A DNA stretch of 63,261 nucleotides, counting the filler, from Candidatus Woesearchaeota archaeon (lineage in GTDB: Archaea; Nanobdellota; Nanobdellia; Woesearchaeales; B72-G16): NCBI GenBank assembly GCA_003650545.1. It is 3 parts of 3 records of this genome, joined end to end, with 100 filler letters (N's around TTAATTAATTAA, not from the genome) between each part and the next. Parts side by side here need not be neighbours in the genome. Positions count along the whole stretch, not along the records: positions 27,727 to 53,313 come from QMQO01000018.1; positions 53,414 to 63,261 come from QMQO01000038.1; 1 more part is not named here. One strand, written 5' to 3'. The stretch's first letter is position 1. Each line of letters begins with the position of its first letter. Of the stretch, positions 47,201-59,400 are shown piece by piece. Position numbers and translations under genes: made by a program. Below the pieces are notes generated by a model that had not been told where the DNA came from, did not search any database, and saw only the letters and a program-made list of their open reading frames with translations.

Positions 47201-50200
47201 TGCGGGCATTGCTTAACTACATCCCTGAAAATAAATTAAAACCTGTTGAGCTGATGATAGAAGAGAAAAATGTTGCAGAAAATATTCAAGCTAGGCTAAA
47301 AGAAAACGGTTTTACATTGAAGGACAAAACTGTTGAGATACTCAAAAGCTTTAATCCTGAAGCTAGAAAAACTCTAGATAGTGGCGCGATTGTAAGAGCT
47401 GCAATTGATCTGTTTAATGACAAGACTTTTGTTGATTATACAGCAGCAGGGGCACGGTATACAATAGATGAAACCGTTTTGATGCTTGCGGCTTTAAGCT
47501 ATTCTGGTGTTGTAGAGCAAAAGGTTGCTGAGCATAACGAGGAAATAATCCCTGTCGGGCCATATAATGTTTTTGTTAATATAAAACAGCTTGTAGATAA
47601 ATATGGTGGAGATTATGTGAGGGTGTTTAAGCATTCAGACGGAAGCACAAGCATTATCACCATGGATGGGAAGGGGCACGGATTATATGCTTCATACATG
47701 AAAGCGCTGACCGCAGCTTTACTGCCAGTAGACAAAATGGTTACATTTAATGATATTGTGATGGCTGATGAGCATCTTAATGTTGAAGAAAAAGGAGTAT
47801 TTTTCGCAGCAGTCAGTATTCTGAATGTTGATAAAGACGGGACACTTTACGGCTTTGGAGGTTCTGGTTACTCTTACCATGTTACTAAGGATGGTCAAGT
47901 TATACAGTTGAAGAGCAGGTTCTTACCGCTGGGAATAGGTGCTGTTGATACTGCTGGAATAGATAAGGCTAGCATTGGTGATAAGATAGAGATCAAGGAA
48001 GGCGATAGAGTAACCATGTTCACAGATGGTGTGTTTGAGTTCAACAGGAAAAAAATCGTTTATGCCGGCAAGATATTCAATATGGAGATAGATTATTATC
48101 TCCAGCTATTGCAAGATAACATAGCCGAGCCATCAACAACTTACATAGATGTTGGTACCAGAGATATAGCGAACATTGGCGCAAGAGATGATTATCTATT
48201 TGTTGTTGTTGAGATGGCTGATTTTGGTGGAAGGTTGGCTGCTTTTATAGGCGAGAGAGGAGTATCGCTAACAGATACACAAAAAAGAAGAATCGCTGCT
48301 GTGAAAGAACAACTGATAGCATTGGGAGTCTCGGAATCGTTTGTTGTGCATGAACAGGAAAGAGTGTTTGACAGCATAAGAAGAATAAGGCCAAATGAAA
48401 AGGTTGTTAATAAGATTGAAGAGGCTGAGAGCATAACAAGGGATTTTGAAGCTGTATTTGGAAAACTGATAGAGATATTAGGTTTAAGGGTAACAGATCT
48501 CACCAGAGAAATCACAGACAAGTACGAGCAGGTAGTAATTGAAGAATATAAAGTAAGAGACATAGGCGGTTACTATAAAAGAATAAGGGACGAACTAAAT
48601 AAAAGATATGGTGTTGATAATGTGGAAGCAAGCCCTGAGTATAAGATTAAGTTATATAACGAGTTATCAAGATTGAGGAATCTTGTGAGAAACAAAATCA
48701 CTAGAGAGATTGTCGAAAGGGAGCGGAGAAAGGGCTTTACTTATGATAGTATTAGGGCTAACTTGAAAAATGTAGCAACGAAGCTGAGGCAGGAGCTTGA
48801 TGACAGGCTTTCAGCCAATATTGTTTATCCTGGAACCAGGGTTCCATTAGAGTATCTGGCTAATGATGTTTTGATTGATTCTGTCATCGATGCATTACAG
48901 GCTGAAGAAGCTGCAAAAATGGTTGAGGTTGCTGCTGAAGGGGTTGTTGCTGAAGGCGAGATTCTTGTCAAGAGACCTGCAGAACAACCAACACATCCAG
49001 ATACTAGGGCTACCGCAGTAGCTGTAATAAATAATCTTGGCCTTGGAACAAAAGATCCATTGGCTGCAGAGATAAGAGCAACAATTAATAAAGAGTTAAA
49101 TGCTGGAACAATAGGCGCTGCCTTAATAAGAGCAATCGAAAGGACGATAAGAGAGAGTGGTAGAGATGATGTTAATATTTTAGTTGATAGATTAAACAAC
49201 CCCTCGTTCTTCAGATATTTTATTAACAGACTAACTCCAGTGACTGTTGGTTTTATTGGTAGCAATGTTTTTGTTGATTTAATAGTTAAGATCAGGGACT
49301 GGAGAAAATCTAGAAAAGTGTTGCAGATCAGCTATGACCAGATTAGGGAATTATTAATGGAAAATATACAGAAGGTTGTTGATGTTGGGGAACCAGCTGT
49401 AGAACCATTAATAAAAGCGTTGAAGGATGAAAACATAGAGGTTAGAAAAAGAGCAGCAACAGCACTTGGATATATTGGAAGTGAGAGAGCTATAGAACCA
49501 TTGATAGAAGTAGCGTTGAAGGATGAAAACTGGGGGGTTAGATGGGAAGCAGCAAATGCACTTAGATATACTGGAAGTGAGAGAGCTGTAGAACTGTTGA
49601 TTAAAGCATTAGAAGATGAAAACTGGGAGATTAGAGAAAGTGCAGCAACAGCACTTGGATCGATTAAAAGTGAGAGAGCTGTAGAACCATTGATAGAAGT
49701 AGCATTGAAGGATGAAAACCGATATGTTAGAGAAGAAGCAGCAACAGCACTTGGATCGATTAAAAGTGAGAGAGCTGTAGAACCATTGATAGAAGTAGCA
49801 TTGAAGGATGAAAACTGGGAAGTTAGATGGGAAGCAGCAAATGCACTTAGATATACTGGAAGTGAGAGAGCTGTAGAACTGTTGATTAAAGCATTAGAAG
49901 ATGAAAACATAGGGGTTAGAGAAAGTGCAGCAACAGCACTTGGATATATTGGAAATGAGAGGGCTGTAGAACCATTAATAAAAGCGTTGAAGGATGAAAA
50001 CTGGGAGATTAGAGAAAGTGCAGCAACAGCACTTGGATCGATTAAAAGTGAGAGAGCTATAGAGCCATTAATTGAAGCGTTGAAGGATGAAAATGCAGGT
50101 GTTAGAATAGAAGCAGCAAGAGCGCTTGGATCGATTGGAACTGAAAAAACTGTAGAATTGCTGATAAAAGCGTTGAAAAATGAAAATAAAGATATTAGAA

Positions 50201-53200
50201 TAGGAGCAGCAGAAGCGCTTGGAATGATTGAAAGTAAAAAAACTATAGAACCATTAATAAATGCGTTGAAGGATGAAGATGCAGATGTTAGAATAAAAGC
50301 AGCAGAAGCGCTTGGATCGATTAAAAGTGAAAGAGCTATAGAGCAATTGATAAAAGCGTTGAAAAATGAAAATAAAGATATTAGAATAGGAGCAGCAATA
50401 GCGCTTGGATCGATTAAAAGTGAAAAAGCTATAGAGCCATTAATTGAAGCGTTGAAGGATGAAAATGCAGGTGTTAGAATAAGAGCAGCAACAGCACTTG
50501 GATGGATTAAAAGTGAAAGAGCTATAGAGCCATTAATTGAAGCGTTGAAGGATGAAGATGCAAGTGTTAGAATAAGAGCAGCAGCAGCGCTTGGATCGAT
50601 TAAAAGTGAAAGAGCTATAGAGCAATTGATAAAAGCGTTGAAAAATGAAAATAAAGATATTAGAATAAGAGCAGCAGAAGCGCTTGGATCGATTAAAAGT
50701 GAAAAAGCTATAGAGCCATTAATTGAAGCGTTGAAGGATGAAGATGCGGGTGTTAGAGAAGAAGCAGCAGAAGCGCTTGGATCGATTAAAAGTGAAAAAG
50801 CTATAGAGCCATTAATTGAAGCATTGAAGGATGAAGATGCAGGTGTTAGAATAGAAGTGGCAAAAGCGCTTGGATCGATTAAAAGTGAAAAAGCTATAGA
50901 GCCATTAATTGAAGCGTTGAAGGATGAAAATGCAGGTGTTAGAATAAAAGCAGCAAAAGCGCTTGGATCGATTAGAAGTGAAAAAGCTATAAAGCCATTA
51001 ATTGAAGCGTTGAAGGATGAAGATGCGGGTGTTAGAGAAGAAGCAGCAGCAGCGCTTGGATGGATTGGAAGAGTTAAACCTCTGATAAAAGCGTTGAAAA
51101 ATAAAAATAAAGATATTAGAATAGGAGCAGCAAGAGCGCTTGGATCGATTAGAAGTGAGAGAGCTATAGAACCATTGATAGAAGTAGCATTGAAGGATAA
51201 AAACTGGGAGGTTAGAAAAGGAGCAGCAGCAGCACTTGGATATATTGGAAGTGAGAGAGCTGTAGAACCATTGATAGAAGTAGCATTGAAGGATGAAAAC
51301 ATAGGGGTTAGAGAAAGTGCAGCAGCAGCACTTGGATCGATTAAAAGTGAGAGAGCTGTAGAACTGTTGATTAAAGCATTAGAAGATGAAAAAATAGGGG
51401 TTAGAGCAAGTGCAGCAACAGCACTTGGATATATTGGAAATGAGAGAGCTATAGAACCATTGATAGAAGTAGCATTGAAGGATGAAAACCGATATGTTAG
51501 AAATAGAGCAGCAGATGCATTAACAGTTATTAAACAAGGAGATATCGAACGAATTAGAGCCTTGATTCCACAATATCTACAAGTATATTACACCACAGAA
51601 GAATTTCGTATTGCTTCTCAAATTTTAAGGTATGGAGAACTGACTGGTTCTGAGGTGTTCAAACGCTTGGGCGTGTCATTCAAAAATGTAGAAGGAGGAG
51701 CTAAGTTTGAAGATCTTGATTTTGTGTTAAAAATAATCAAACTCTCTGAAAATCCTTACTTAAAAACTATTTTAAAAGATATTCCTGAGTATCAGCATTA
51801 TTCAATTATTCAAAGCATTGTCAGAAGAATTAGGCAATTAGAAGGAGAGGGAGCTAGGGTTGATGTAAGAGAGGTTATAGACTATATTATACAGGGTAGA
51901 AAAAATATAGCAAATATTGAGTTGGCAAGTAAAAATACTAATGCAGTGATCATAACGCATGATGAAAAGTGGTATGGCATAGATCGTTTTGATAACAATG
52001 AAATCAAAAGATTCTTGATAAAGGCTGGAGTGATCGAAGCTAAAATTGAAAACTTTAAGGGTGTAAAGGATAAAACATCTGCACTAGATGCGATCAGGTC
52101 TATTGATACTCCAACATTCATCTATCTAAGCGGTCATGGCGGACCTCACCACTTCTGGCTGACTAGCGGAAGATTAGGCGAGGAGTACAGCGATGATCTA
52201 AAGCGAGATGATGCAATAAGTTATACTGAATTAGCAGAGGCATTGATGTCAATCCAAGAACAAGGTTATGAAATCAAAAATGTTCGGATGGTTATTGACA
52301 GCTGTTATAGTTATGATTTTGCATCAATGGTTTATAAAGAACTTAGGTCCAGAGGAGCCAGATCTTTCCCTATTATCATAACATCAACAAACAGGGAACA
52401 GGTTGGTTATAGCATATCGCCTGAAGAGAAAGCAAAGTTTGGGATAAGTAGTTCTCAACTAATGTATGGTCTTGTTAATGCCAGAAGATTTAAAAAAGGA
52501 CCACTGATTATTGATGATGCGTTTAGATCTTTAGAATCAAATGTAATCGAGAATATTGGTGTGCTTGTTCCCCGTGAGTTATTCGAAGAAAAACCTGTAG
52601 AGAGAATTGTGCTAACAACTCTGGGAAGTACTCAAGACGATTATCTGCCTGTTACAGACGAGTATTTAAGAGAGATCGCAAAAAGCGAAAAAGGAAAGAT
52701 CCCAACCCCTATGCTATCAGAGGTTATAGATGCTGGATTCACTGGCGCTTCTAAATACGAAGGAATGGACTGGGGAAAGGTGTATAATGCTTACAACAGA
52801 ATGTCTGGCAGCTTTAGCAAGTTGTCACATGAAGATCTAATAGGTGTGATTGGAGTCGGAAGATTCTTTGATGTTAAGATTAAAATTGAGTATGATTCTG
52901 ATGTGAATGAAGCTGATTATGATCCTAACACAAAAACTATCTACATCAAGACTACTAGCAGAGAGATGAATGATTTTGTTGAGCTGGCAACTGTGCATGA
53001 ACTTGCAGAGGCTGCTTATAGGTTGTACAATGTGGAAGATAAGTCTGCTATAAACGCGCATGGATTTGCATTGATGATGGAACATGCATATACAGGAATG
53101 ACAAGAGAGCAGAAAATACCAGTATGGCAAGCTAGAGAGAGAACAGAAAAAGGAGAGGTAGTAGATGTCTTTGTGAGAGAGCCTGAGAACATACAGTTTA

Positions 53201-53232
53201 GTAAGAGAGTCAAACAGATGGTTGAAATTTAG
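29263..53232 (+). CDS. Giant 7989-aa multidomain membrane protein with SecA-like ATPase and an array of enzymatic cargo domains
   Basis: Uninterrupted 24-kb ORF. Signal peptide; Cys-pair/TPR-like region; G/A-rich helices (~35790-36370); SecA-like motifs PTGRGK, DEAH, TATP, QELGRR (37711-39567); multi-TM block (~41820-43840); metallophosphoesterase GDIH/GDVIDRG/GNHE; HEILH; GGDEF-like (AGDE); PP2C (DGKGHG, FTDG, RDD); 23 HEAT repeats; caspase-like SGHG...DSC; terminal HELAE. Confidence 0.92.
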   Translation: MNWRKFLGIVMIYLTITLMIPGTVFVFAQSEEEKQTICDFEAELDKKAVESCLEKLEEKSVEDLSKIVKEYPDFFVNNPELLTGLKVDISNIKGIDEVIKRITKLRVGLEFKENSDCRLEQTFKLTCQKRSVELTSVSERYAEYVEKIMTDPEKGIIIVFKNKNQMYLKDGGRISFDVNGNVEVGQGIMLVVDELITITPKTEIKILTSDGYLKISGAVRIESDMFEGNVNEEFYFSGTKEGYDLVVKESTGDFAVNDGFGENKFNGDYFEVSVKKEKIARFVIGENTIAVVKKEDKSSFPEISDCEEKIDDKVRCVYVLQDRASGDALLMRQETVALNVLTKQLNGIDELEDVNAIIQHIDEILGLFEKDKIEDLVILEYIQNLEDLRKKAKIFSNWKKDESVMQFLKESLSKEAIERYKSIAKSLKEDADNNNQINYLFRDTGNFLLFGRSKITYEDGSYITGEKSDVIRADVFEAGKHVLMCEGFTDGDACVGRIRPYILDEKCTENNCLTPVEDENFVEIKVTKEECTDGVCNSQIKLGRNSVLRLFDNEKFKEKLVAFDQTVTSVFALAASSKESRINYFSMDGDTLIAAKQLPDYELKNEIEINDKGFKEKIEEIKKYRKRFVALYEIISSIIKDEDKEKLENLKKEYEKSLIETGVKSDVEKDIREFASKTSKKVGVNINLIKAQVALSVGDVDRAIRLSKKVIQGDDEAQKINAYMFLLQMHAMKGEIPEDFKKEAFGFFGLKDENDDTIIDELVDVLGILGIDKTKGRTEAQDILEKQQISEEISEKIGGLEEDKRKEKIEQIQDIFAKYSFLENYLDLKNRLDEQKDFGDELEKFKGHNVNYFERYKNRYKDNPRIYERFLMIGANKYGELAAKETNETKRKEYLEKQLAFLEEAADVRDRNIVKNEFDLRRAGYSEIDFITNFYNGVLQRSNINLMLENYEVARNLAKTAFGLNDHCYSCLSIMYHADSVLHEQAKEEEKEKYAQKLEDTITKIKTAAEDILEKVNEMKEGEKLSPDEISMLYLYQATLKIEEGISEEKLIEKKIELINIIINRVEDKDKNRYSLELHFLEADKAVLENKVEEISNAIEQLKKDIKDCPDNNCKTKVALKIGELGLSLESDEKLENTVKFLITNKKDLCKDEECKGAFNSLILSAGRARIVLLAQDENFNEANNIIEELKNEDIGVGELEKMINRLEKIASLSFDNALSIIGEAKTELERLESGTQEYYNKGQEINLMYNIAFKKLIESVPTDVTTGGRTYNQDVITELKDLERSIQDLPENVKDAFKTGVFNLIMQYLFAEEVPGISQAYRIETAYQLLQSFPELKDKEIENKRLGSYVWKLRETSYPIQRLSYGVDLLEQGDLDKGREVFLEALKSAEKVGIVDQNFLNYVQSVAFNPKYLVIKPEEGESDPVYKFLETHNVDVEDKLKNYITQTKFYQAWSDKSSDLQSIVTDVVEREMEEGTSRDILAVMPDPDDPDKNIQIPLYVVEDEKDKGKWKIIEKRSGNTIITIDKNTNLEQAISDYYKQDGDIKAKQVSLFVKRERNSPEETKAINSRVTQIDNYFDNLGGELKGLFMRVQLRGDIDKLENLVRIGKYDEAESLFKKIEEANVEAGGNLFYNAGIEYLYINPINPDEAKEEIEKISKKEIEASWAAFSGNPELMDEIIEDSIEWNKKQIRDAANLISEKDNIDDVKEKIRQVLSGLNTVVQTGLATGSYGITDLNKFRLEAMPKKDESKKIQTLKKSIVTYLDDVIDVEIEINKMKREQSKRGVCVQGVCTFDGKENVPESVVRVRLLSDAIEENHELARDISLEEMRRKTFGERISGFIGDLEDLVGFSPSPAGDFILSRLGRRDPYEKAVHEPVQQLELSVVGQQIDRILPILSDEQLDAACDLFQSKLLQYKRGEWDEDIAFDAEMFRMTSAFSNERIARNRARDKEMLDEYAESQNINLDELSDELKKELEKEYWQTPEFRSFSDLTQAERYRSWISRIQVPEEEWSHSQMVLSANKDFMIASQKLEEQSVDGSVANTLAKDELANTVKYLTIKLESQINEHKNKNIEYNRGFEWLSYIEPWRYVGASNLNDLWVTLGFGDRDKVEAYNNAEETKKNIEDSIENYRNNPTEDNYNKLTDELDSLDKLEKAADYAYHQDHGFIAETLNTENVVKTAAALVFAEVAPALIGLRAAEVGEAVETGIKAKQIASKTRLAVRMAEAARKGFTTGILFETAMEFADGNFFTVEGALGAPERMLTGALMFATGGAAEVGISPLTNILRYRSEAAARRYLTETGAKRLQSAIAARAWNTGASAINFGAMTAGFAEVSALQKGMLYPDPKTLGETAVTLGLYKVVGTGVGKVLEPVERLRIIKNLEIRSKKYDEKIGEFNQKAQDILNGVKDDTTRTKIENIFQKEISYREKAEELYKIETENRELKTQIEQMADFLRQASGARLTRDYLNYEIEMRKHEQNVNENNIKSEKYFDQIEKVIKAKETLLETEYEEGIINDQGYDIGKKEIELEKKLSNRKKLYLNLKEANEELGELEARGKIENSEKKLKENFELITDIEESDSRIRSLREELKKNRAGEVEAKIRTQTEANILTKMVELKEALFKKDLLEQKINTEKQRLILEKMQEGLSFAKAKADVEAVFQEKLTEFEKGEVKSKHGYEELIRLIIEKGTLEKDIPSIETELNELSYQQIQEVEEAKKEAKRIAREIRRFKKIENRIKNKNIKPNVKNIIDLLENNRLPTDLEELKNTVLENLNREELKFLNARIEEAEKITGLTATEEQAATAIMNSLTKNSLIISVPTGRGKNVFITPEMVLTELRAGRKTLIIEPDDNLKRATYNYLVEKLKGKVRSIVQPEIDMRTLDDRIAADIQNADVVVITLEEYINIKGAERALIGKENELATGIMNDFGERFNIFDEAHEIANANPLIWVRAEKPLKSIEGGREKIFANKILFEVLKEVGNIKTGEVFEFNKEILKTWDDLINEVNDEFKNGRITEEEKNNKLKQIENNKNRARYPSEFKPEILKEILDRIKNELRAQGKLTDEFNAMNVNDLISGEKDIIKPYTELLQGYSQALASRYCEDYALAEQGASPTTQRRANTRLSFGDIDMQIALNTLVGKEDVSQIKVKTDAIQTEITDVLVDLAKRGTQTRFLTATPEKVNKQLRALLGSEQFTVASGQSRYTNLVDIIENGYKEIFPNERQIVNPLPGDTKVEFRKVEVNEKYLDDIIKEAETNVIVVHDGDIYKSLIDMSKNVLPEIDSVLYRNPDAKPGETVGGKYYEIRIEDRNFKESPVKDLKKWILDKQLADKKVLVLTNQRAGLDQLTLGSFEYVRDQVKNGEVAEIRLFDENGKIRKIEKIDPNEKGVDEALEKLQDAYNKGGNEIVLQKFTNADRVNYRIVTSELNEITELLQELGRRRSSADRLFIDYIGPEKMELNKFIETSMRNEKASEQENVHRFDQDMARQVLKTLLGEAKELRPDRAAEIIEAIKEFDDLARSRRTTLEYKDITGKEQFVDTLEFITDYANEITKKEWFNELPDGLKGKITKIADYEVPKAKNIRLKGKGDERTLSTAEDLETFMDILQNIRAESDWPAYIRTGTGDVAQAVRAENVAEMLPTMALKTRPEGAQEAIIITAREINNVKLEADREKVDPAVYALQKKQEETRSDQAMPRILVEDVLAKELGYERSREGYIDVDLNKLAENDEVRERTAAYRYILDHQMATHEQEEGKVITKIGDKVVEEEEQKRYVESAFALAQMIEDNLINAHIDSERKIVLDQGLSDKNVMQKLKQLSDNGVTVKKEIDGLHWYINGYSESVEKETIEDILEGREPGIRPKMRAKEQAKNQVREIFKEIRSVDDRIKILEQVIDSIQQLEQAAISTTEAEKIGISEEEINVLSDALEQIGLKELTDVLKGMLKKAEAEQKEQEQKKQAEIKARESAGLVSADEIQGFLKTLKTQTDLFKDVKGAVFEVEADDDDRNVFTIGFKGTDKTGEVKAKAKITLQKIQGATEDLQTMTLEILELPAESKHKQSFYDSIENYAHYKGIEQIDIVIKPNLVARLLPGSDFRFLRRNGFIVHKEDFTKTGLWEISMIKPLTQERLNDLLKFISAKQDILTEDRDKLESELGPKFAKYQGLIDRLADIKTSSIKAAVAGDQARHTLIESLVKTVLGYGIVQNIMVMTSFFKQKPISLQTSFTERSLVTVTETAPQKVEALAEGAGRARRLVTNVPSIGFTTFFLQAFETFAMFEFIKRWRFAMPVNEKNFVKTRIVPVLKGMGAYYVSTKILPALTSALNMGAAIANPIIGLTFGLTAGYTYSAISPKEDKTASFVSLATFGLTTLGMMFVPQVPLVAWGVSSIAIPATIALIRGCSKIAKDVGEELWSFNVGDFIFRSASAATAYYFARMAAGAATEGMLNTGFLIPAGVAVTAGLAAVGSFVSIRGVNQITAGVIDSFRNVLRTVRKLRTDQRARFYALTRVAAAGAVWYGLTHFGALTGMIGAATLPVAPFVVGAGIAGFGIYSLFGYKPFVRALSTEAADIGIKLTIRSALAGGMLSLAYRTGLFTGIGSIPLYLLITGVHVSSYIAGNKIIETLRGLVFKDISTELLDKIKEDAARENINVDSYRVKHVGPETHIIFTYNTENVFGMVINTQTHGLTVSSYKEDVKKEDEDVSRIVTENINSILDEDLDKILKFEKQLEDLNNKIKMTKKTTRQLKRLEKRGNLRGVETPLLNRVRADIKSLYEKTRKMVKVPISKVRIEEVVKKGVKIINIELQKISPILSKISVGMPQLGRTTGITIAIGVGVGGFTLIAAAPFAGVVAVPLGMIVGGIGVVSYTLINVMREITFETPLTRELPKIDDRAEVLRAASERRIKTITSPVDKRTVVIGDIHASLDALKESLIAAGLIDTEDNWIGGDNRFIQTGDVIDRGPDSIECYDFLRELQQKAESAGGEVVRLLGNHELLLLQNVDNRFATESISDKEQREELRSKIIEDIKSGDVKAAYYVAGHMVLHGGYVPDAFPEFKDNSPEQIVDQLNERLVEAINTEDYENDQIFKAGVSREGEGLPGIFWADYYKDLVYFDLALNKADLPDQIVGHTPTRKSTPTERRKIVTSDFKKIIDIDVGHAEYYGGYRAQLIIKENEIFAKEPTEDEIKNFRDKASHLKRNGIIYGVFNPVTGRIVINIDATREAFKDELRGKALDKVQAFVFSHEILHAILARAKITLSERREEALADAFARAMINAEKPDDVESINRFIKRFNLKQRNPRIADLLDVAKQRTDYPGFFLNLELAGITPYNVEVRGIEDIIFEEVISREVEQAAVSILKLEEPTPGIIEKIRNELNIAQGEAIEKARAALKRSKSAQKRYEELKGIAEAKQRLYSVIDRIYRDTPAYAANNVLARNNYYTERGVREGELTTVEFALNIKHLNSEIGPEATDSVLNAVSFAIDNIVKESTEADSLRSNTGTKVLRNDAKNIETIITKIASGEFVIENFDGEAEIQDAINRLRDKDVVIEEIVNVLDSRGFKTTKTELNKAVKEKGYSDIRSFLDSNFQAYMGFARTKYVGMDSAQRNYLNAFRDGKFVQLSLIAEIEEGKDVSQRDATIVDLIQRKKAVRGRFKSGVYYNDKDYAGKIKDVVRYLRKSNDVVKEEFKTYRGMLKKSRENVKNVKTLNDLIRSYILSDKQVRPLVDAIARDRIVKRIAIHDRDVSYLTSRQIWNLRLHQEMQRVSETGRIIIGSLDINNLGVLNSINPDYADDMKSFLIELLQKRFGYQNVVVTAGDEISYLTTGMTEEEFRKIENDIIERYSAYAKEQGYRIDADEVIEDKLVKIRDAIPTISSSYIVINGRDVLIGLAKEGYKPFLFINNALDRTVTNVKSEGKIALSRGRTPTWSRAITPADVGATAEMVKAKGVFVERPTQTYYLDIIESIADKRDSRFEAYMKKIDSEEMENSISQIKAMRALLNYIPENKLKPVELMIEEKNVAENIQARLKENGFTLKDKTVEILKSFNPEARKTLDSGAIVRAAIDLFNDKTFVDYTAAGARYTIDETVLMLAALSYSGVVEQKVAEHNEEIIPVGPYNVFVNIKQLVDKYGGDYVRVFKHSDGSTSIITMDGKGHGLYASYMKALTAALLPVDKMVTFNDIVMADEHLNVEEKGVFFAAVSILNVDKDGTLYGFGGSGYSYHVTKDGQVIQLKSRFLPLGIGAVDTAGIDKASIGDKIEIKEGDRVTMFTDGVFEFNRKKIVYAGKIFNMEIDYYLQLLQDNIAEPSTTYIDVGTRDIANIGARDDYLFVVVEMADFGGRLAAFIGERGVSLTDTQKRRIAAVKEQLIALGVSESFVVHEQERVFDSIRRIRPNEKVVNKIEEAESITRDFEAVFGKLIEILGLRVTDLTREITDKYEQVVIEEYKVRDIGGYYKRIRDELNKRYGVDNVEASPEYKIKLYNELSRLRNLVRNKITREIVERERRKGFTYDSIRANLKNVATKLRQELDDRLSANIVYPGTRVPLEYLANDVLIDSVIDALQAEEAAKMVEVAAEGVVAEGEILVKRPAEQPTHPDTRATAVAVINNLGLGTKDPLAAEIRATINKELNAGTIGAALIRAIERTIRESGRDDVNILVDRLNNPSFFRYFINRLTPVTVGFIGSNVFVDLIVKIRDWRKSRKVLQISYDQIRELLMENIQKVVDVGEPAVEPLIKALKDENIEVRKRAATALGYIGSERAIEPLIEVALKDENWGVRWEAANALRYTGSERAVELLIKALEDENWEIRESAATALGSIKSERAVEPLIEVALKDENRYVREEAATALGSIKSERAVEPLIEVALKDENWEVRWEAANALRYTGSERAVELLIKALEDENIGVRESAATALGYIGNERAVEPLIKALKDENWEIRESAATALGSIKSERAIEPLIEALKDENAGVRIEAARALGSIGTEKTVELLIKALKNENKDIRIGAAEALGMIESKKTIEPLINALKDEDADVRIKAAEALGSIKSERAIEQLIKALKNENKDIRIGAAIALGSIKSEKAIEPLIEALKDENAGVRIRAATALGWIKSERAIEPLIEALKDEDASVRIRAAAALGSIKSERAIEQLIKALKNENKDIRIRAAEALGSIKSEKAIEPLIEALKDEDAGVREEAAEALGSIKSEKAIEPLIEALKDEDAGVRIEVAKALGSIKSEKAIEPLIEALKDENAGVRIKAAKALGSIRSEKAIKPLIEALKDEDAGVREEAAAALGWIGRVKPLIKALKNKNKDIRIGAARALGSIRSERAIEPLIEVALKDKNWEVRKGAAAALGYIGSERAVEPLIEVALKDENIGVRESAAAALGSIKSERAVELLIKALEDEKIGVRASAATALGYIGNERAIEPLIEVALKDENRYVRNRAADALTVIKQGDIERIRALIPQYLQVYYTTEEFRIASQILRYGELTGSEVFKRLGVSFKNVEGGAKFEDLDFVLKIIKLSENPYLKTILKDIPEYQHYSIIQSIVRRIRQLEGEGARVDVREVIDYIIQGRKNIANIELASKNTNAVIITHDEKWYGIDRFDNNEIKRFLIKAGVIEAKIENFKGVKDKTSALDAIRSIDTPTFIYLSGHGGPHHFWLTSGRLGEEYSDDLKRDDAISYTELAEALMSIQEQGYEIKNVRMVIDSCYSYDFASMVYKELRSRGARSFPIIITSTNREQVGYSISPEEKAKFGISSSQLMYGLVNARRFKKGPLIIDDAFRSLESNVIENIGVLVPRELFEEKPVERIVLTTLGSTQDDYLPVTDEYLREIAKSEKGKIPTPMLSEVIDAGFTGASKYEGMDWGKVYNAYNRMSGSFSKLSHEDLIGVIGVGRFFDVKIKIEYDSDVNEADYDPNTKTIYIKTTSREMNDFVELATVHELAEAAYRLYNVEDKSAINAHGFALMMEHAYTGMTREQKIPVWQARERTEKGEVVDVFVREPENIQFSKRVKQMVEI
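49396..51530 (+). repeat. HEAT/PBS-lyase repeat array, 23 units mostly of 93/96 bp
   Basis: A(I/V)EPLI(E/K)(V)ALKDE(N/D)xxVRxxAAxALGxIxSE(R/K); units near identical at DNA level. Confidence 0.93.
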
Positions 53233-53233
53233 G

Positions 53234-53261
53234 TTTTTTCTTTTTTTCCCTCTTTTTTTTT
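53234..53261 (+). terminator. Oligo-T archaeal-type terminator
   Basis: ttttttctttttttccctcttttttttt directly after the giant's stop codon. Confidence 0.55.
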
Positions 53262-53313
53262 AAGTATTTAAATAAGTAATTTAATTTTAAAAATAATTAA
53301 ATTAAATATATAC

Positions 53314-53413
53314 NNNNNNNNNNNNNNNNNNNNNNNNNNNNNNNNNNNNNNNNNNNNTTAATTAATTAANNNNNNNNNNNNNNNNNNNNNNNNNNNNNNN
53401 NNNNNNNNNNNNN
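53314..53413. other. Artificial contig-joining linker
   Basis: 44 N + TTAATTAATTAA + 44 N; supplies the false stop of ORF 53366-62305. Confidence 0.97.
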
Positions 53414-56400
53414 GCCTAAACCTAAGTCTTCTAAGATCGCGCTGAATTCGGCAAAGCTGCCGTTATTGAATTCCTCTATCCAGGTGTTGTATTCGGCAAT
53501 AATAGCTGCCTGCTCTTCTAATACGCTGGAGCGCCAGGTTTCGGGGTCAGCGCTATCATCAAACCAAATACCCCAGGAACTCTTGAAATTGGCATATTTA
53601 TTATAAAAATCATTAATAAATACAAGTAAATTATTAATATCTAAACTATTTTTCAGATTATCTGCAGCAGTAGAAACGCTATTGGCGTCACTCTGGGAAT
53701 TGCTATCTGAATTTAAAGAAGGCAATAGATCTTGGAGTATGGCATTGAACTCTGCTATTTGCTGCCAGGGGATAAAATAGGTAAGTGAACTTAAAGAAAA
53801 ACTGCTTGCTCCGTTTACTGTGCGCTGCTTGAACGCATTTAAAATTGTTGAATCAGTTATGTCGTGGTCTCCAAACCAACCAAGAGTAGGATTCCATTCC
53901 CTCGTATCAAACCACTTGGCAGTTTTGATAGTTATGTTTCCGCTGTTATCGACAGTAAAATTATAGCGATAATTTACTTGGGGTAAACCCTCTACATACT
54001 CAATAATACCGTTAACATAGCCTGAGTCGCCTATCTTTATAATGCCGCCGGCCATGCCGCGAATTATCCTGGCACCATCAGCCCTGGTATATTCTCCTTT
54101 GCAGAAAAATATTTTATCTCCAAAAGAGGTTTTATTGAAATAGAAATAACTTCCCGCATCGACTACTGAGCCATCCGCTAAGGTATAGTTTGAATTATTA
54201 ATTAAAACTCCGTTAGTTACCGCTGCTGTAAAAGTACCTTTACTATTTCTGGTTAACCTTACTACCGTACCACCGGCTAAAGTAAATCCGTTACCTAAAT
54301 CGATAGGCGTAGAGGTTTTAAGAATCTGAATTGTGCCATAGTATGGAATGTAGGTACTTTTGATCTCCAGCCCAGAAGAAGCATTGATCATTTTTCCGGT
54401 ACTATCTACCTCTACCCACTCAGTCTGGCTTCCGATTTTAACTGAAACCGCTGTTGCCCCTTGAGTCCAGCTACCCTTAATTACAGGTGCCTGAGGGACG
54501 TCAAAGTCAGTTGCAGTAGCGTAAACAGACTCTGAAGCTAAAATATAACCAGTCCAATCATACTTAGCCATAAATTCATCTATTGTTTCTGTAACTACTT
54601 GACCATTATCATTGTAGATTACAGTATGGGCCTGAAGATCAATTTTAAAATTAGCGATATAATGGCCATTGCCGCTGTTTTTATCAATCACGTGAACAAC
54701 CTCAATGTTGTTTAACTCTGCGGCGTCTTCAAAAGATATCTGATAACCCTCTAAGTTCAATTCTAAACCATATTCTTGAGCTAATTCATTGGCTATTAGC
54801 AGGATATCATACATTGAAGTTTCGCCATTTTCATCTATGGGCAGCCTTTCGCTGATTACTTCGGTAGGTATGGAAGGCAGGATTTGTTCTACAACAGAAA
54901 CAGCGCAGTTATACTTTATTGCTTCTGTAGGGGGTCCTCTGATCAAAAGTCCGGCCGAATCTGCATCTATTACTAATTCTTCCTGTTCCTCTAAAATTTG
55001 TCCGGCAGTATAAGGAACATACATTGTGTTTACTCCGGTTGAGCTAAGCCCTGCGGTATTAGAACCTCTTGTATTCCTTAATTGGTTGCGATTAAGCGGC
55101 CTTCTGCTATTTGGAGTATTTACAACCCGCTGGGCCCTTAATAAATTCTGAGTATTTGCCTCTACAACCATCCTTTCGGCGATTTTTAACAATAGCGCCT
55201 CCTGGGCCTGAACGTTTTCTGATTTTTCTAGCAGCGCCCTTTCAGAACTAGTGAGGCGGATGTCTTTAATGGAAATTGTATAATAAGCATCTCCTTCCAT
55301 TCTTCTTCTTGCTAATTCTTCAGTCAGGCCTACGCGCTGAGCCCCCTGGGCCAAATCAACTTTGGAAAGAAGACTAGTTAATATTATCGCTGCCCTGGCT
55401 TTTGCCTTAGGTGAAACTTTTGCAATATTCCAGGCATCAATAAGCCCCTGCACCAAAACAATCCTAGCTCTGGCTGGATCTTTTTCTATTTCAGCAGTAA
55501 CCCTGCTAACTTTATTTGCAAAGTCAAAAACTCCATCCCTTACTACCGAAATTATTTCTATATCTCTATTATTTAACCTGCCCTCAGCTTTTTCTGCTAA
55601 TAACTGGGCTTCGGTCTTTAAAATCGCATCCCTGTCAGCACAGGACAGAAGAATTAAGTCTGTCTTCTCTCCCTTGGGTGATTTGAGAAAATCAATGACA
55701 GCGCTGACGTTATTACGCGGCATATCTTCCATGCTTAACTTTATAGCAACCTTGGAGATTATGCCATCTGGTTCTCGTCTTAATTCAAGTATATTTCCTT
55801 GCTGCACCCCTAAGACTCCTCTAAAACTATCTGTGTAATCCTTTGCAGTAGCGGTAAGCCCAATAAAACCAGCTGCCTGATTAAGTGCTTCGGCATAACT
55901 TATGGCATCTCTAGTTTGGCTTCTTAATGTATCGGCATACAAGCTATTTGATGCATTATGCTTAATCGCCAGAAATCTTCCCCTTGCATTTAATCCTGAA
56001 CCGTCATCTCCGAAAAAGGTATTCGGTAAAGACTCTCCTGTCCTGAGTAAATCGCGGGTGCAGTATCCGGTTAATTCTCCATTTTCATAAACCAAAGAGT
56101 AGGCATCTCCTGGGCCATATTTCATTAAGTCTGCTACGGCATCAAGTAAGAGTTGTAAGTCACGGTCACTGTAATTAATTAATCTGTTTTGCTTTCCCTC
56201 TTCGCTCTTTAGGGCATTACGATATCTACTGATAATTTCATTGCGTGCTGAACTTACGAATTCAAAACTAAGCCTTATTCCATTTTTTACCCCGCTATCT
56301 GTCTGACTTGCCCTATTAACAATAACTGTATCCAAATCCCTTCCGCCTATCTCTGCCAAAGCACAATCCCATAGCGCCTGATCACTCGCTCTGCTTCTTT

Positions 56401-59400
56401 CGATTGATAGGATTTGGCGCCTTGCTGACCACCTTGCAACTGGATTACCTTGGGTTGCCTGAATATCTAATGCTTCCCAGATACCCCTGGTGCTTCCAAA
56501 AACCAGCTGCGGCCCAGCGAGCCCTGCCTGAGGTTCATCTGCGAAAACAAAACTACGGTTGAGTTTTCCTTCGCTGGCTAATCCCATCAGCGTAGTATTA
56601 TCTACAATACTGATACCCTTAATCGGCTCTGTTAATGCGGATAGCTCTGTTTGCCCTTTGTCAATACTAATAGAAATGCGCTCAAAACCCTTTAATCCTT
56701 CTGCGTTTCTGAGCTCTTCGATCTTGCCTGCTTCTGAAGTTCCAAAAACAATTCTTGCTTCAGGATAGCGTTCGCAGATATACCTTGCTACAGGTAAGGC
56801 CATAGAAGTCTTACCCTTACCAGCGTTATCGCTAATAATTAAGCGCACTGCCTCTCCGCGCATAGAGGCCTCATAAGCCCTGAGCATCTCCCAGCCGCCT
56901 CCGATTTGGAAAGCATCCCATTCCCACTCTTTCCCAGCTGCCTGCATATCTGCCTTTAAAGGCAGAACTACCTTCTCAACAAAATCCCTATATGGAGAAT
57001 CAGAAGAAGCAATTGCATCTGTACCTTTTATTTCAACTTGTTTAGCTAAATCAATTATCTCGTTTCCGATGCGTTCTGCCTCTTGCTTATTTATGGCATC
57101 GAAAATTTTATCGGGGTTAGCAAGCATATACTGCTGCGAGGAAACTTCAACTAGCTCTCTGCCCACAGGAATTCCGGCAAGAGAATCTCCTTCATTGGAA
57201 TTTAAGATATCTTCATTCTTATACCCTAACTCTATCAATCTCTGATAATCCCTTAAGGCAATCTCCTGCTTTAAGCTGCGCATTCCGCCGCCATAAGCAG
57301 GAACCAACATAAAAGCTAAATAACCAAGCAGCTGTGCGGTTTGCGGATCTAAACCGGCAGTCTCCATTAAAAGGCTGTCCACGCCAGAGGTAAAGGCAAC
57401 AAAGAAACCTACTGAATCCAGTTGCGCTAGTAAAGCAGCGGTACCACTGCGTCTAATGCTCTGTTGGGTTATCTCGGCAAATGCTGTACCTAATTTTTCT
57501 TTGGTAATTGTATTTAAAATTCCGCGTGCCAGTGTTCTGGGAATTCCGACTAAGCCTAAATTAGCTGAGACCGCTTCTACAGCGTCTCCTATAACCGGTA
57601 CCCCCTTAAAAGTCTCGCCTTTAAACTGGAATACTCTAATAACCGGGCCAAACCATAAACCAAACTTGGGTGACTCTGCCGAATGTAAAGCTAAAGCCTG
57701 ATACCAGGGTAAATCTGTTTCTCCTTTGGGGCCGATAATACCCTCCAATTCTCCTGCCCAGGCTGAATCCCATAATGCCTTGCCAATTGCAAATAAAGGC
57801 CCGATGTAAACGAAGTGCGAGGCTGATAAGAGGCAGTCACCAGCCAAATATTCTGGCCTTGCTGCATATGTTTTAAACCCAACTGCAACTTTGCTTGCCT
57901 GCCTTAATCCTATCCTTAATATTTTATGGTTCTCACCAAAGCTGCCCACCCATTTTGCTGCATTACTAATCCCAGGAGCAGAAGTTCCTAACCAGCCTAA
58001 TAAGCGGCCTGTTCCCTGAGCGCCTGCAGAGAATAAAAATCCTAAGGAAAAGCCTTTTGTAAAACTCTCCATTGACTCGGCCGGAGAAAGAAATCCATCT
58101 CCGCTAATCAAAGAATAGGCATTGTCGCTTACAGCATAAACTCCGCCCCAATACATTCCAATCTCTGCCATGCCGATTAAAGCCCTTAAGGCAGGTGATT
58201 TTATTCCCTGGGTTTCAATTATTACCGGCCTGAGGACTCCTTTTGCAACCGCACGAATTGCAGGTCTGACCCCTGCCTTTACCGCCTGGCCTAAACCTCT
58301 TAAACCAAAACTTACTGCTACCGTACCTGCTTTGGCAGCTGTGCTCACTAAAAGGCTGATTCCTGAACCCACCATAGAAAGGCCACCCACTATGCCAACT
58401 GCATCGCAGATAAGATCTAATCTAGTATAATTTTCAGATAAATATATTCTTGCCCGGCCATTAACAAATCCTTCAGAGTTTTCCGGATAAATCTCTCTGA
58501 CAAATGTCCCCCAACCGGTAAGGCCCCAGGTCTGGCGTATATGCTCTTCAGCAGCGCTAAATTCAAGCTCTCTTACTTCCTGGACTACTTTCATCTCGCC
58601 GCTTTCATTTACCAATAATACATTCACTAATTCATAAGGCTTGTAATCTGTCTCCCAGACCCCGGCATTAAGCCAACCTAATGGACCACCCTGCTCTTTT
58701 GGATCGCCATATTTATCTAAAGACCCTTCGACATGCCTGACCTCAGCAATACCCTGTCTTGACCTTATGTAATTCTTTACATAGTCAGGTACTTCTGATT
58801 CTTTTACTTCCAATCTCTGAATCGAGATATAAGGATCAAAGTATTCAAGTTCGATTCCATATGTGGCGGTATTTAAATTGACAATTATAAGCGCGCTATC
58901 GCCTTCGCTCTCTCCTTCTAAGGTAGATTCGCTAGATTTGTCTGTTAAAATGATTGTATCTTTGTGGCTATCAAAGGTACGGCCTAAGCCGGTAATTTCT
59001 ACTTTGCCATGGACAATATTAGATAAATTTAGGAGGTTGAAATAAGCTACAGCGTCTTCAGGGACAATTATGGAATTGTTTTCATCCCAAGTTAATTTAG
59101 CTGAAGCTTCTTGATATCCAGCTACAGCTTCTAGGGCTGGACTGGCTACCTCCATAGCAGCGCTGAGCTGATTATAAACATCTTCAGGCATAGTTAAAAC
59201 CTCTGTTTCTTCGTTGTATTCATAGCCTTCTACCCCTTGTCTGGCCTTATCTAAAGCCTGATTATATAAAACCTCGTAGTTATTTAGCTCTTCGCTGTAT
59301 TCTCCGCCTGACCAGCCGTTTCCTTCAGAATAAACACCGGCTAGCCTTACTAATTCACTTTGGGCATTAACCCAATTGTCATAATTAGCCAACCACTCTC

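Noticed and set aside
49332..51302. 656-aa antisense ORF
   Set aside because: Shadow of the HEAT repeat array; a repeat unit lacking antisense stops is simply propagated.
53232..53414. Two giant genes apparently convergent at one locus
   Set aside because: They are on different contigs separated by a linker and appear to come from different domains of life; the stop at 53366 is artificial.
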